Program-made: the position numbers and the translations under genes
Assembly: GCA_040902005.1 (NCBI GenBank)
Contig: JBBDYA010000045.1
Span: forward strand, 1-64,000
Length of the DNA: 64,000 nt
Source of the DNA: Gemmatimonadaceae bacterium
GTDB lineage: Bacteria; Gemmatimonadota; Gemmatimonadetes; Gemmatimonadales; Gemmatimonadaceae
Direction of reading: 5' to 3'
Shown: positions 18,589 through 28,576 of the stretch, in pieces
Layout: every line of letters starts with the position of its first letter
Numbering within the stretch: position 1 is the stretch's first letter
The notes under the pieces: generated by a model
What the model saw: only the letters and a program-made list of their open reading frames with translations
Told to the model about the DNA's origin: nothing
Databases searched by the model: none

Positions 18589-21500
18589 ATGAGCGAACCG
18601 ACCAGGGCCGGCGTGAAGCGGCGCGAGTTCCTGAAGGTCCTCGGCGCGGGATCCGCCGCGGCGGGCGCGGTAGCGTGCAGCGAACCCACCGGCAAGCTGA
18701 TTCCGTATCTCGTGTCGCCGGATCAGACCGTACCGGGCGTCTCGACGTACTTCGCCACGCTCTGCCGTGAATGTTCGGCGGCCTGCGGCGTGATCGCGGA
18801 AACGCGCGATGGCCGCGTCATCAAACTCGAGGGCAACACGGAGCATCCGCTCAACCGGGGCGCGCTGTGCGCCCGGGGACAGGCGGCGGTCCAGGGGCTG
18901 TACAACCCAGACCGTTTCCGGACGCCCATGATCAAGGAGCCAAGCGGTGCCTGGCGCGCCGCCTCATGGGACGAAGCGATCGCCATGCTCGCGCAGCGGC
19001 TGGGCGCCGCCCGGACTGGCGGAACAGCCACCAGCGCCGTGTTTCTGAATCAGCATGAGAGCGGCAGTTTCCCGGCGTTTCTCGATCAGTGGCTGGCCGC
19101 CTTCGGCATGCGCCCGCACCTCAGCGTGGACTTCGAGGCCGATCACGCGGCGATGGAAGCCCATCGCCGGGCGTATGGCACCTCCTGGCCGCGCTTCAAC
19201 TTCGCCGGCGCGCGGGTCATCATCTCCTTCGGCGCCGATTTTCTGGACGGGTGGGGCGCCACGGTTACTCACCAGCTCGACTTCGCCGACGCCCGCGCCC
19301 GTGTCACCGGCGCGCCGCGCTTCATCTATGTCGGCGCGAGACGCTCGCTCACCGGCCTGAACGCCGATCAGTGGATCGCCTGCCGTCCCGGCACCGAGTT
19401 CGCCGTCGCGCAGCTGCTCCAGGGACGGGGTGACGTCAACGCCGTGGCGGAAGCGAGCGGCGTGCAGGCGCAGGTGCTTGGCGCGCTCGTGACCGAGTAT
19501 CGTGCCGCGCAGGGTGCCCTGGTGCTCGCGAGCGGTCGCGGTGAGAACGGCCTGGAGCTGGCGAATGCGGCCGCGGCCCTGAATCAGACGCGGACGGCGG
19601 AACCGATCGCGTCGTTCGACGGAATCGCCAGGCAGAGTGAGGTCCTGGCCGCTGTCGGGCGCATGCGCGCGGGGCAGGTGGGGGTCGCCTTCGTTCGCGG
19701 TACCAACCCGGCCTACGCTCTGCCCAGGTCCGTGAACTTTGGCGAAGCGTTCGCGCGCGTGGCGTTCAAGGTCAGCTTCTCGGCCTATCCGGACGAGACG
19801 GCCGAGCTGTGCGACCTGGTGATCCCGGACCTTCACGCGCTCGAAAGCTGGGGCGACGCGAGCGCCGCGACCGGCGTCGTGGCATTGCAGCAGCCGGCGA
19901 TGGATCCCGTCTTCACCGGCACGCGTTCCACGGCGGACGCACTCCTCGCGGTCGCGAAGGCGGACGCTGCGGTCGCATCCAGGTACCCTCAGGCAGACTA
20001 TCGCGCGTGGCTGCTGCCACGGCTGCCCGGCGGCGGCAACGCGCAGACACTGGCGGCGAATCTCGCCCGTGGCGTGGCGGCCGGATCGCTCGCGGCGCGC
20101 CCGGTCACGTCGCCGGTCGCCGCCCCGCCAGCAACCCCTGCGCCCACGAGCGGTGACTACTTCCTCGTCACCTATCCGTCGCCGGTCCTGGGTGATGGCC
20201 GAGGGGCGAACAAGCCGTGGCTGCAGGAGTTGCCGGACCCGGTCACCAAGGTGCTGTGGAGTTCGTGGGTCGAGATCCATCCAGAGACCGCCGCGCAGCT
20301 CGGAGTGTCCCGCGGCGATGTGCTCGAGGTGCGAACGGATGCCGGGACGGTCCGGGCGCCGGCACTGCCATACCTTGGCATCCGGCCGGATACCGTGGCG
20401 CTCGCGCTCGGACAGGGACACGCGTCCAGCGCGCAGAGTCCCTGGTATGACGGGAAGGACACCAGTATCCAATGGGGCTATGGCCGTTATGCGCGCGCCG
20501 TGGGCGTGAACGCCGGCGACCTGTTGAGCGCCCGTGTCAATACAGGTGGCGGCTTGATCGCCACGAGCCGTTGCGCGATCACCCGAACGGGTGACCGCGA
20601 GGAAGTCGTGACGACCGAGGGCTCCGCGCGCCAGCACAATCGCGGCATCGCCCGGGCCATCGACGTCGGCGACATCGGTCGTCCGCCTGCCGACGGTGGT
20701 GGTCACGGCATGATCCCCGGCGCCGCCAGTCAGGAGTTTCTGCCTGGTCTGCGGTCCCCGGTCGCGGCGGACGCGCAGGGCGAGCTGGGCGCGCCGACTG
20801 CCGCGGACCGTGGCACGCAGCTCGGCATGTACGACCCGGATCATCCCACCGGCCTCGCGCGGCGGCGCTGGGCCATGACGGTGGATCTCGCGCGATGCAC
20901 AGGCTGCTCGGCGTGCGTCACGGCGTGCTATGCCGAGAACAACATTCCCACGGTCGGCGCGCCCTGGCAGAACGGCGCCGTGTACTCGGTCAAGCGTCCC
21001 GGGTTCAACGTGACGCGCGGTCGCGAGATGAACTGGATCCGTCTCGAGCGCTACTACGAAGGCGCCGACGACGGCCACTTCACGGAGGATTTCGAGGCGC
21101 GCTTCGTGCCGATGCTCTGTCAGCATTGCGGCAACGCGCCCTGCGAGCCCGTCTGCCCGGTGTACGCCACGTACCACACGCCGGACGGCCTCAACGCGCA
21201 GGTGTACAACCGGTGCGTTGGCACGCGGTACTGCTCCAACAACTGTCCCTACAAGGTTCGCTACTTCAACTGGTTCGGGTACGGCGAGTCTGATCGAGTG
21301 CAGTATGCGTTTCCGGACCCGCTGCACTGGCAGCTCAATCCGGATGTGACGGTGCGCGCCAAGGGCGTGATGGAGAAGTGCACGTTCTGCGTGCAGCGCA
21401 TCCGGGAGTCGGAGAATCGTGCCGCGCTCGAGCAGCGTGACCTGGCGCCCGACGAATTCACGACGGCATGCGCGTCGGCCTGTCCGTCCCGCGCGATCAC

Positions 21501-21681
21501 GTTCGGCGACGCGGCGGATGCGAACTGGTCCGTCACCCGATTGATCGAGGACGAGCGCGCGTATCACGTCTTCGAGGAGCTCAACACCTTCACGGCGGTC
21601 GTCTATCTGAAAAAGGTGAACCATCCGGGCGCCGCGGCGTCTCGCACGGCAGCGGCACCGGCGGCGGGAGGGCAGCACTAA
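18589..21681 (+). CDS. actB: ACIII iron-sulfur subunit (molybdopterin oxidoreductase-like domain + ferredoxin domain)
   Basis: Tat/lipoprotein signal KRREFLK...AVAC; WLQELPDP; CTGCSACVTAC, CQHCGNAPCEPVC, CVGTRYCSNNC, MEKCTFC...CASAC. Confidence 0.92.
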   Translation: MSEPTRAGVKRREFLKVLGAGSAAAGAVACSEPTGKLIPYLVSPDQTVPGVSTYFATLCRECSAACGVIAETRDGRVIKLEGNTEHPLNRGALCARGQAAVQGLYNPDRFRTPMIKEPSGAWRAASWDEAIAMLAQRLGAARTGGTATSAVFLNQHESGSFPAFLDQWLAAFGMRPHLSVDFEADHAAMEAHRRAYGTSWPRFNFAGARVIISFGADFLDGWGATVTHQLDFADARARVTGAPRFIYVGARRSLTGLNADQWIACRPGTEFAVAQLLQGRGDVNAVAEASGVQAQVLGALVTEYRAAQGALVLASGRGENGLELANAAAALNQTRTAEPIASFDGIARQSEVLAAVGRMRAGQVGVAFVRGTNPAYALPRSVNFGEAFARVAFKVSFSAYPDETAELCDLVIPDLHALESWGDASAATGVVALQQPAMDPVFTGTRSTADALLAVAKADAAVASRYPQADYRAWLLPRLPGGGNAQTLAANLARGVAAGSLAARPVTSPVAAPPATPAPTSGDYFLVTYPSPVLGDGRGANKPWLQELPDPVTKVLWSSWVEIHPETAAQLGVSRGDVLEVRTDAGTVRAPALPYLGIRPDTVALALGQGHASSAQSPWYDGKDTSIQWGYGRYARAVGVNAGDLLSARVNTGGGLIATSRCAITRTGDREEVVTTEGSARQHNRGIARAIDVGDIGRPPADGGGHGMIPGAASQEFLPGLRSPVAADAQGELGAPTAADRGTQLGMYDPDHPTGLARRRWAMTVDLARCTGCSACVTACYAENNIPTVGAPWQNGAVYSVKRPGFNVTRGREMNWIRLERYYEGADDGHFTEDFEARFVPMLCQHCGNAPCEPVCPVYATYHTPDGLNAQVYNRCVGTRYCSNNCPYKVRYFNWFGYGESDRVQYAFPDPLHWQLNPDVTVRAKGVMEKCTFCVQRIRESENRAALEQRDLAPDEFTTACASACPSRAITFGDAADANWSVTRLIEDERAYHVFEELNTFTAVVYLKKVNHPGAAASRTAAAPAAGGQH

Positions 21682-23153
21682 TGGCCACCGCGGCGCCTCC
21701 GTACTCCGGACACGAGCAGCGGCCGAACGTTCCGTCGTCGGCAGTCCGCCTGCCAGCCGTCACGGACTACGAACAGGTGGATCGCGAGATCATCGCGACC
21801 CTGCGGCCCACGGTCGGCTGGTTCGCCGCGCTCGGAGTCGCCATCCTGTGCCTCCTGATCGGCATCAGCGCCTGGATTTACCAGATCTACTCCGGGCTGG
21901 GCGTGGCGGGGTACAACCCGCCGGTGATGTGGGGCGTGTACATCATCACCTTCGTGTTCTGGGTAGGTATCGGCCACGCCGGCACGTTAATCTCCGCGAT
22001 TCTCTATCTCTTCCGCGCCGGATTCCGGACGAGCATCTACCGGTGCGCCGAGGCCATGACGGTGTTCGCGGTGATGACCGCGGGGCTGTTCCCGATCCTC
22101 CACCTGGGCCGGCCCTGGAAGTTCTTCTGGCTCATTCCGTATCCGAACTGGCGCCTGCTCTGGCCGCAGTTCAAGAGCCCGCTCGTGTGGGACGTGTTCG
22201 CGATTCTCACGTACCTCACCGTGTCCAGCACCTTCCTCTACATCGGCCTGATTCCGGACATCGCGGTGCTGCGGGACCGTGAGAAGAATCCCGTGCGCAA
22301 GCGGATCTACGCCATCATGTCGCTGGGCTGGCGGAACTCGGACACCGAGTGGCGGCACTTCACGCGCGCGTACCTGTTCCTGGCGGCGTTCAGCACGCCG
22401 CTGGTGCTGTCGGTGCATTCGGTCGTGTCGTTCGACTTTGCCATGGCGCTCACGCCGGGGTGGCACGCGACCATTTTCCCGCCGTACTTCGTGGCGGGCG
22501 CCATCTTCTCGGGCATCGGCATGGTGTTCACGATCATCATCCCGATCCGCAAGTACTTCAAGCTGCAGCACTACGTCACGCTCAACGACCTCGATGCCGC
22601 GGCCAAGCTGTGCCTGTTCACGTCCATGGTGGTTGGCCTGGCGTACCTGACGGAATTCCAGATCGCGTGGATGAGCGGCAATACGTACGAGCAGGAGTAC
22701 TTCTGGAACCGGCTGTTCGGGCAGTGGGCATGGGCGGCGTGGATCATGATCATCTGCAACATGGTGCTGCCGCTGTCGCTGTTCTCCCAGAAGCTCCGGC
22801 GGAATCCGGCGTGGCTCTTCATCCTCTCGATCTTCATCAACATCGGGATGTGGTTCGAGCGCTTCGTCATCGTCGTGCCGTCGCTCTCGCACGAATTCGA
22901 GCCGTGGCAGTGGACGACGTACGCGCCAACCTTTGTGGACTATGCGATCCTGCTCGGCAGCTTCGGATGGTTCTTCATGTGGTTCCTGCTGTTCATCAAA
23001 CAGCTGCCGGTCATCGCCATCGCCGAGCTGAAGGAAGTGCTACCGCCCAGGCGCAGGCATCCGCATCGGGAGGTCTACGAGCACAGCCTCGACGAGGGCA
23101 TCGCGCATCCGCAGGTGACCGGGGAGCATGAACTGCCCGGAGGGAGACACTGA
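21681..23153 (+). CDS. actC: ACIII quinol-oxidising membrane subunit (NrfD/PsrC family)
   Basis: FVFWVGIGHAGTLISA, HLGRPW, SPLVWD, LSVHSVVSFDF and MWFERF. Confidence 0.93.
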   Translation: MATAAPPYSGHEQRPNVPSSAVRLPAVTDYEQVDREIIATLRPTVGWFAALGVAILCLLIGISAWIYQIYSGLGVAGYNPPVMWGVYIITFVFWVGIGHAGTLISAILYLFRAGFRTSIYRCAEAMTVFAVMTAGLFPILHLGRPWKFFWLIPYPNWRLLWPQFKSPLVWDVFAILTYLTVSSTFLYIGLIPDIAVLRDREKNPVRKRIYAIMSLGWRNSDTEWRHFTRAYLFLAAFSTPLVLSVHSVVSFDFAMALTPGWHATIFPPYFVAGAIFSGIGMVFTIIIPIRKYFKLQHYVTLNDLDAAAKLCLFTSMVVGLAYLTEFQIAWMSGNTYEQEYFWNRLFGQWAWAAWIMIICNMVLPLSLFSQKLRRNPAWLFILSIFINIGMWFERFVIVVPSLSHEFEPWQWTTYAPTFVDYAILLGSFGWFFMWFLLFIKQLPVIAIAELKEVLPPRRRHPHREVYEHSLDEGIAHPQVTGEHELPGGRH

Positions 23154-23653
23154 TGGCCGGCGTCATCGGTGTGTTTTCCGAGATCGACATGGCAGTGCAG
23201 GCCATCGAGGCTCTTCGGCGCAACGGCTTCAAGGACATCACGGTGTACTCGCCCACACCGCGGCACGAACTCGAGCACGCCATGGAGGCGCCGCCGAGCC
23301 GCGTGCGCCTCTTCACGCTGATCGGTGGCCTCGCTGGGGCGATGTTTGGGTACTGGATCGCGATCTGGTCATCGCGCTACTGGCCGATGGTGGTTGGTGG
23401 CAAGGCGGTCGCCTCCTGGGTGCCTTATACCATCTACGGATTCGAGGTCATGGTACTCGTGGGATCCCTGTCCACCGTGTTCGCGCTTTTCGCGCTGTCG
23501 CGCCTGCCGCGACTGACGATGACGGTGGGTTATGACGAGCGATTCAGCGCTGGCCACTTCGGCGTGTGGGTCGCCGCGCCGCCGGATCGCGTGAAGGAAG
23601 CCACCGAGCTGCTGCGCAAGCACGGCGCGGAGGAAGTGCGAAATGAAGCCTGA
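23153..23653 (+). CDS. actD: ACIII subunit D (DUF3341)
   Basis: VYSPTP, WPMVVGGK, FE motif and two TMs; operon position. Confidence 0.88.
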   Translation: MAGVIGVFSEIDMAVQAIEALRRNGFKDITVYSPTPRHELEHAMEAPPSRVRLFTLIGGLAGAMFGYWIAIWSSRYWPMVVGGKAVASWVPYTIYGFEVMVLVGSLSTVFALFALSRLPRLTMTVGYDERFSAGHFGVWVAAPPDRVKEATELLRKHGAEEVRNEA

Positions 23654-24320
23654 CATCCGCATCGCATATCCGCTGCTGGCATTCGCCCTCGCCGGCTGCA
23701 GCTGGTTCACCGACTTCAAGCAGCAGCCCAAGCTCGATCCCTGGGAGACCGCGGCGGACACCATCGCCATGCGCGCCAATCCGCAGGGCTCCGTGCCCGT
23801 GTACGGCAGCGCGGCGCCGGGCTTCGCGTACGATCGCGCGCCAACGATCGCGGCGGTGAACGCCATGTCCGGCATCGTGAACCCGGTGGCGTCGGATGAC
23901 CGGTCGCTGCGCAACGGGCGCTTGCAGTTCGAGATCAACTGCGTGGTGTGCCACGGCAGCCTTGGGGCGGGGGATGGGCCGATCGCGCAGTTTGGCTATC
24001 CGCCGTTTCCCATTGGTGCCGGCTCGAACGCGGCGACCGCGCTCAGTGACGGATATATCTTCGGCATGATTCGCAACGGTCGGGGATTGATGCCACCGTA
24101 CAACCGCATCGAGGAGCCCGATCGCTGGGACCTGATCAACTATCTGCGCGCGTTGCAGGCCGGTGGGCCGCCGGCGACCACGCGGCCCGTAGGTCGTCCC
24201 GGTGAGACCGGCGGCGCGGTGCCCGGTGCCACCATGACCGCGCCCACGCGTCCCGCTCCCCACTATCGCCCCGCGGCGCCCTCGCAGCCCGCGCCCACGG
24301 TGCCCCCCCCCCAGCCATGA
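23643..24320 (+). CDS. actE: ACIII monoheme cytochrome c lipoprotein
   Basis: Lipobox LAGC; CVVCHG; GRGLMPPY, DRWDLINYLRALQ. Confidence 0.88.
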   Translation: MKPDIRIAYPLLAFALAGCSWFTDFKQQPKLDPWETAADTIAMRANPQGSVPVYGSAAPGFAYDRAPTIAAVNAMSGIVNPVASDDRSLRNGRLQFEINCVVCHGSLGAGDGPIAQFGYPPFPIGAGSNAATALSDGYIFGMIRNGRGLMPPYNRIEEPDRWDLINYLRALQAGGPPATTRPVGRPGETGGAVPGATMTAPTRPAPHYRPAAPSQPAPTVPPPQP

Positions 24321-25645
24321 GCCACCATCCCGCTCCCGCACTGACACGGCAGGAGGCGATCGCCATCACGAGCCGGCCGATCTCGAGCCGGCTCTACACG
24401 ATCATGATGGTCCTGTTCGCGATTGGCGCACTCAGCTTTATCGCGGGACTGTTCGTGGCACCCGATCGGGTCTGGCGCGCCTTCCACGCGAACTGGCTGT
24501 TCTTCACGGTGCTGTCATCGGCCGGCGTGGTGTTCGTGGCCGTCCAGCGGATCACCACCGCGCGCTGGTCCCGCGAGGTCATCCGGTTCATGGAGGGCTA
24601 CGTCGCCTTTCTTCCGGTGGCGTTCGTGTTCCTGCTGCTCATCGTCCTCGCGGGTAAGCATCACATCTTTCCGTGGACGCACGAGGCGTATCCGGTTCCC
24701 GAAAAGGCAACCTACTTCGACCCCACGTTCTTCACGATTCGAGTGATCGTTACCTTCGCGATCCTCGCCGCGCTGAGTCTCTGGTACATCTACACCACCG
24801 TGCGGCTGGACGTCGGCATGAATCCGGAGTGGGCGGGCGCCCGATGGGCGCAGTCCCTCCGCGATCGCATGCGCGCGGGGTTCCGCGACGAGCGCCGCGA
24901 GATTCATTCGACCCACTCCCTGCAGGGCAAGCTCGCGGTGTGGCTGGTGCTTGCATTCGCCTTCGGCTGGTCCGTGCTGGCCTGGGATCTGTCCATGGGG
25001 CTCTCGCTGCACTTCCAGAGCGCGCTGTACGGCTGGTGGTTCTTCATGGGAGGATGGGTAAACTCCCTCGCGCTGTTCGCGCTGCTCGTGATGGCGTGGA
25101 GGCGCTACCTCGGCGCGTACGAGCTGGTGCGCGAAGTGCATTTCCATGACATCGGCAAACTGGTCTTCGCGTTCACCGCGTTCTGGGGCTATCTGACGTT
25201 CGGGCAGTACCTCGTGATCTGGTACGGCAACCTGCCCGAGGAAACGCACTTCATGCGGCTCCGCCTGATCGCGCCGTGGAAGGACATCACGCTCCTGTCC
25301 GTCACGCTCGTGTTCGCGCTCCCGTTCTTCGGACTGCTGTCGCGCACGGCGAAGGTGGTGCTGCCGGCGCTCTCAGTCTTCGCCGTCGCGAGCCTTCTCG
25401 GGATGTGGCTCATGCGGTACATCGAGGTCTATCCGTCCACGTACGGCGAAGTTGCCGCGGCGCCGTTCGGCATCTGGGAGGTGGGGTCGCTGCTGCTCTA
25501 CGTGGGCGCCTGGGGATGGATGTACGCGCGATTCATGGACGCATTCCCGCGCGTGCGCGCGACGCTGCTGACGTCGCCCTATCGGGACGAGGTCCAGATT
25601 CCCGTCGACCCCGAGACGATGGAGCCGTTGCCGGCGCACGAGTAG
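24317..25645 (+). CDS. actF: ACIII subunit F
   Basis: Multi-TM; HDIGKL, QYLVIWYGNLPEE. Confidence 0.9.
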   Translation: MSHHPAPALTRQEAIAITSRPISSRLYTIMMVLFAIGALSFIAGLFVAPDRVWRAFHANWLFFTVLSSAGVVFVAVQRITTARWSREVIRFMEGYVAFLPVAFVFLLLIVLAGKHHIFPWTHEAYPVPEKATYFDPTFFTIRVIVTFAILAALSLWYIYTTVRLDVGMNPEWAGARWAQSLRDRMRAGFRDERREIHSTHSLQGKLAVWLVLAFAFGWSVLAWDLSMGLSLHFQSALYGWWFFMGGWVNSLALFALLVMAWRRYLGAYELVREVHFHDIGKLVFAFTAFWGYLTFGQYLVIWYGNLPEETHFMRLRLIAPWKDITLLSVTLVFALPFFGLLSRTAKVVLPALSVFAVASLLGMWLMRYIEVYPSTYGEVAAAPFGIWEVGSLLLYVGAWGWMYARFMDAFPRVRATLLTSPYRDEVQIPVDPETMEPLPAHE

Positions 25646-25658
25646 CCGGCGAGCGTCG

Positions 25659-26108
25659 TCAGCCGAGCGCCTGCTTGAGCAGCTCCTCGAGCCCGGCCTT
25701 CGGCATCGCCCCCACTGTGCGCGCGACTTCCTTCCCGTCCCGGAACACGATCGAGGTCGGGATGCTGCGAATGCCGAAGGGTGCGGTGGCCTGGTGCGCC
25801 CGATCCGTGTCGACCTTCGCCACCAGTGCCTGTCCCTGGTACTGCGCCGCGAGTTCATCCACGAACGGCGCCATCATCTTGCACGGGCCGCACCAGTCGG
25901 CGTAGAAGTCCACCAGGACGGGCACCTGCGCCTCCTGAATGGTTCGCGCGAATGTGTCGTCGTCGAGCTTCACCGGACGGTCCAGCACCATCGGTGTACC
26001 GCACTTGCCGCATTTGGGGCGGTCCGCCGCTCGCTTCGCGTCGATCCGATTCCATGTTGCGCAGAACTGGCAGCGCAGCGTCAGCGTCCGCTCGATCGTG
26101 GCATCCAT
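25659..26108 (-). CDS. trxC: Thioredoxin 2 with N-terminal Zn finger
   Basis: CQFC and CGKC pair, then WCGPC and RSIPT. Confidence 0.92.
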   Translation of the reverse strand: MDATIERTLTLRCQFCATWNRIDAKRAADRPKCGKCGTPMVLDRPVKLDDDTFARTIQEAQVPVLVDFYADWCGPCKMMAPFVDELAAQYQGQALVAKVDTDRAHQATAPFGIRSIPTSIVFRDGKEVARTVGAMPKAGLEELLKQALG

Positions 26109-26158
26109 GATGTTTCCCCTGTCATGCCCTCTGGAACTATATTGCAGATGCAACTATC

Positions 26159-26231
<73 letters not shown>

Positions 26232-26260
26232 TCCTTTCCTGCACGACACGCTGGCCACCA

Positions 26261-26929
26261 ATGCGAATCCTGGTCATCGAAGACGATCCCACGGTTGGCC
26301 AGTACGTCAAGCGCGGTCTGGAGGAACATCGCTGGGCCGTCGACCTCGTCGTGGACGGCGAGGAAGGGGAACGCCGGGCGAGTTCCGAAGCGTACGATCT
26401 CGTGATTCTGGACATGCGTCTGCCGGGGAAATCCGGACTGGACGTCCTCCGTGCCCTGCGGGCCAGGGGATTCGAGCGGCCCGTGCTGGTGCTGACGGCA
26501 CAGGATGCCGTGGACGCGAAGGTCGCGACGCTGCGGGCGGGGGCCGACGACTACGTCACCAAGCCATTCGCCTTCGAGGAGCTCCTGGCCCGGGTGGAAG
26601 CGCTGTCGCGGCGCCCGCGCGCCCTGGCGACACCCGTGCTCCGGGTCCTCGACCTGGAGCTGGATCGCGATAGCCGTGAAGTGCGGCGCGACGGCGAACT
26701 CATCGAGGTGACGCCGAAGGAATTCACCGTCCTCGAGTACCTCATGCGGCACCAGGGGCGCGTCATGAGCCGCACGCTGATCACGGAGTATGCCTGGGGA
26801 TATCATTTCGATCCCGGCACGAACATCGTGGACGTCGTCATCAACCACCTGCGCAAGAAGATCGACGCGAAAAGCAGCCGGAAGCTGATCCAGACCGTGC
26901 GCGGCGTGGGCTACAGCATCCGCGAGTAG
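26261..26929 (+). CDS. OmpR-family response regulator (CusR-like)
   Basis: IEDD, LDMRLP, GADDYVTKPF and TVRGVGY. Confidence 0.93.
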   Translation: MRILVIEDDPTVGQYVKRGLEEHRWAVDLVVDGEEGERRASSEAYDLVILDMRLPGKSGLDVLRALRARGFERPVLVLTAQDAVDAKVATLRAGADDYVTKPFAFEELLARVEALSRRPRALATPVLRVLDLELDRDSREVRRDGELIEVTPKEFTVLEYLMRHQGRVMSRTLITEYAWGYHFDPGTNIVDVVINHLRKKIDAKSSRKLIQTVRGVGYSIRE

Positions 26930-26936
26930 CGACGCC

Positions 26937-28460
26937 ATGTGGTCCACGCGCGCACGACTCGCGGCCGCCTATTCCGGATTGTTGCTGGCGACCCTCGTGG
27001 CGTTCTCCATGGCCGTGTACCTGGCGCGCCGGGCATCGACGTATCAGCAGCTCGGCGTGCGTGCGCAGCGATCGGCGGCGCAGGTGCTCGCCGTCATTCG
27101 CAATGCGGAACAGGCGGGACTGCCGCTGACCGTGCGCGACAGCTCGCGGCGCGCGGGTGAATCCGGATCGGATTCCACCGAGCTCGTCAAGGTCAGTCCA
27201 CTGCCGCAACTCCGCGCCACGCTCGAGCCGCTGCCGGGGTACTTCCTGGTGCTGGACGACCGGAACCTGCTGCTGTATTCGTCGTTCGCCATTCGTCTGC
27301 TCAGTCCCGCGGATCAGCAGGAGATCAATCGGTTCTCGGTCGCGGAACTCGTGCCCGACGGCAGTGCCGCGATCGTTCCGTTGCCGACCGACACCCTCAC
27401 GGGCGGCCGGATGCTGCTGGTGGCACGGAGCGATCCCGCGCTCAGGCCGAACGTCTCTCGCGTGGTGGCGGGGCTTCCGGCGTCCGACGGCGAGCTGGCC
27501 CCGCAGCTCCTGGTCGGTACGATGTTTCTCCTGGCGCCCCTCTTCCTGCTGGTTTCCGTGGGCGTGGCGTACATGATCGCGGGTAACACCTTCAAGCCGG
27601 TCGACCAGCTGATCAATGAGGTGGAAGCGATCACGGACGGCCGCAGCCTGCATCGCCGCGTGCCGACGGACGAGGCGGACGAGGAGCTGGGGCGCCTCGC
27701 CGAAACGCTCAACCGGATGATCGGTCGCCTCCAGACGTCGTTCGGTGCCCTGCGGCGCTTCACCGCGGACGCGAGCCATGAGCTGAAGACGCCGCTGACC
27801 GTCGTCCGCGCCGACGTCGAGCGGGCGATGCATCCGTCCGCGGGGCAGGAGGAGCGCATGCAGGCGCTCGAGGAAGCGATGCAGGAAATCGCGCGCATGT
27901 CCGATCTCGTCAACAGTCTGCTCACCCTTGCGCGCGCGGATGAAGGGCGATTCGACCTGCATCGCGAACCGCTGCACATGGAACCGCTCGTGCGCGACGT
28001 CTTCGAGACGGCAGTCATTCTTGGCGAGAGCGCCGGCGTGACCATCTCGCTTCCGCTCGTGGAAGACGCCCTGGTCCTGGCCGATGAAACACGGTTGCGG
28101 CAGCTTTTTCTGAACGTGATCACCAACGCGATCAAGTACACGCCGCGCGGGGGGCACGTCGAAATGACCCTCAGCATGCGAAACAACAATGAGATCGGCT
28201 TTGCCGTCAGGGACACCGGTGTCGGTATCGCGGCCGCCGACCTGCCGCACGTGTTCGAACGGTTCTGGCGGCCCGACCGGGCCCGGCCGCGACCGGTTGG
28301 GGGAGACGGCAGGGGTGGCGGGTTTGGCCTGGGACTGGCAATCTCCCAATGGATCGCACAGGCACACGGAGGCACCCTGTCGGCGCAGTCCCGGCTGGGG
28401 CGGGGAAGCATTTTCACCGTCCTGCTGCCGATTGCCGGGAGCGACCCGCAGCGGTCGTAA
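26937..28460 (+). CDS. Sensor histidine kinase (2 TM, HAMP, HisKA, HATPase)
   Basis: DASHELKTPL, NAIKYT, DTGVGI and GFGLGL. Confidence 0.93.
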   Translation: MWSTRARLAAAYSGLLLATLVAFSMAVYLARRASTYQQLGVRAQRSAAQVLAVIRNAEQAGLPLTVRDSSRRAGESGSDSTELVKVSPLPQLRATLEPLPGYFLVLDDRNLLLYSSFAIRLLSPADQQEINRFSVAELVPDGSAAIVPLPTDTLTGGRMLLVARSDPALRPNVSRVVAGLPASDGELAPQLLVGTMFLLAPLFLLVSVGVAYMIAGNTFKPVDQLINEVEAITDGRSLHRRVPTDEADEELGRLAETLNRMIGRLQTSFGALRRFTADASHELKTPLTVVRADVERAMHPSAGQEERMQALEEAMQEIARMSDLVNSLLTLARADEGRFDLHREPLHMEPLVRDVFETAVILGESAGVTISLPLVEDALVLADETRLRQLFLNVITNAIKYTPRGGHVEMTLSMRNNNEIGFAVRDTGVGIAAADLPHVFERFWRPDRARPRPVGGDGRGGGFGLGLAISQWIAQAHGGTLSAQSRLGRGSIFTVLLPIAGSDPQRS

Positions 28461-28471
28461 ACCGCTGTTTT
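28448..28471 (+). terminator. Intrinsic terminator overlapping the kinase stop codon
   Basis: CAGCGGT-cgtaa-ACCGCTG followed by TTTT. Confidence 0.55.
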
Positions 28472-28576
28472 CATCGATTCTTAATCTGCGCCCCATTCCG
28501 GCGAAATAATCCCGAAATAGCTTCATCGTCGGAACAGCAGGTCGCGTCACGCCTCCACTTTCGAGGTAGCGTCGGA

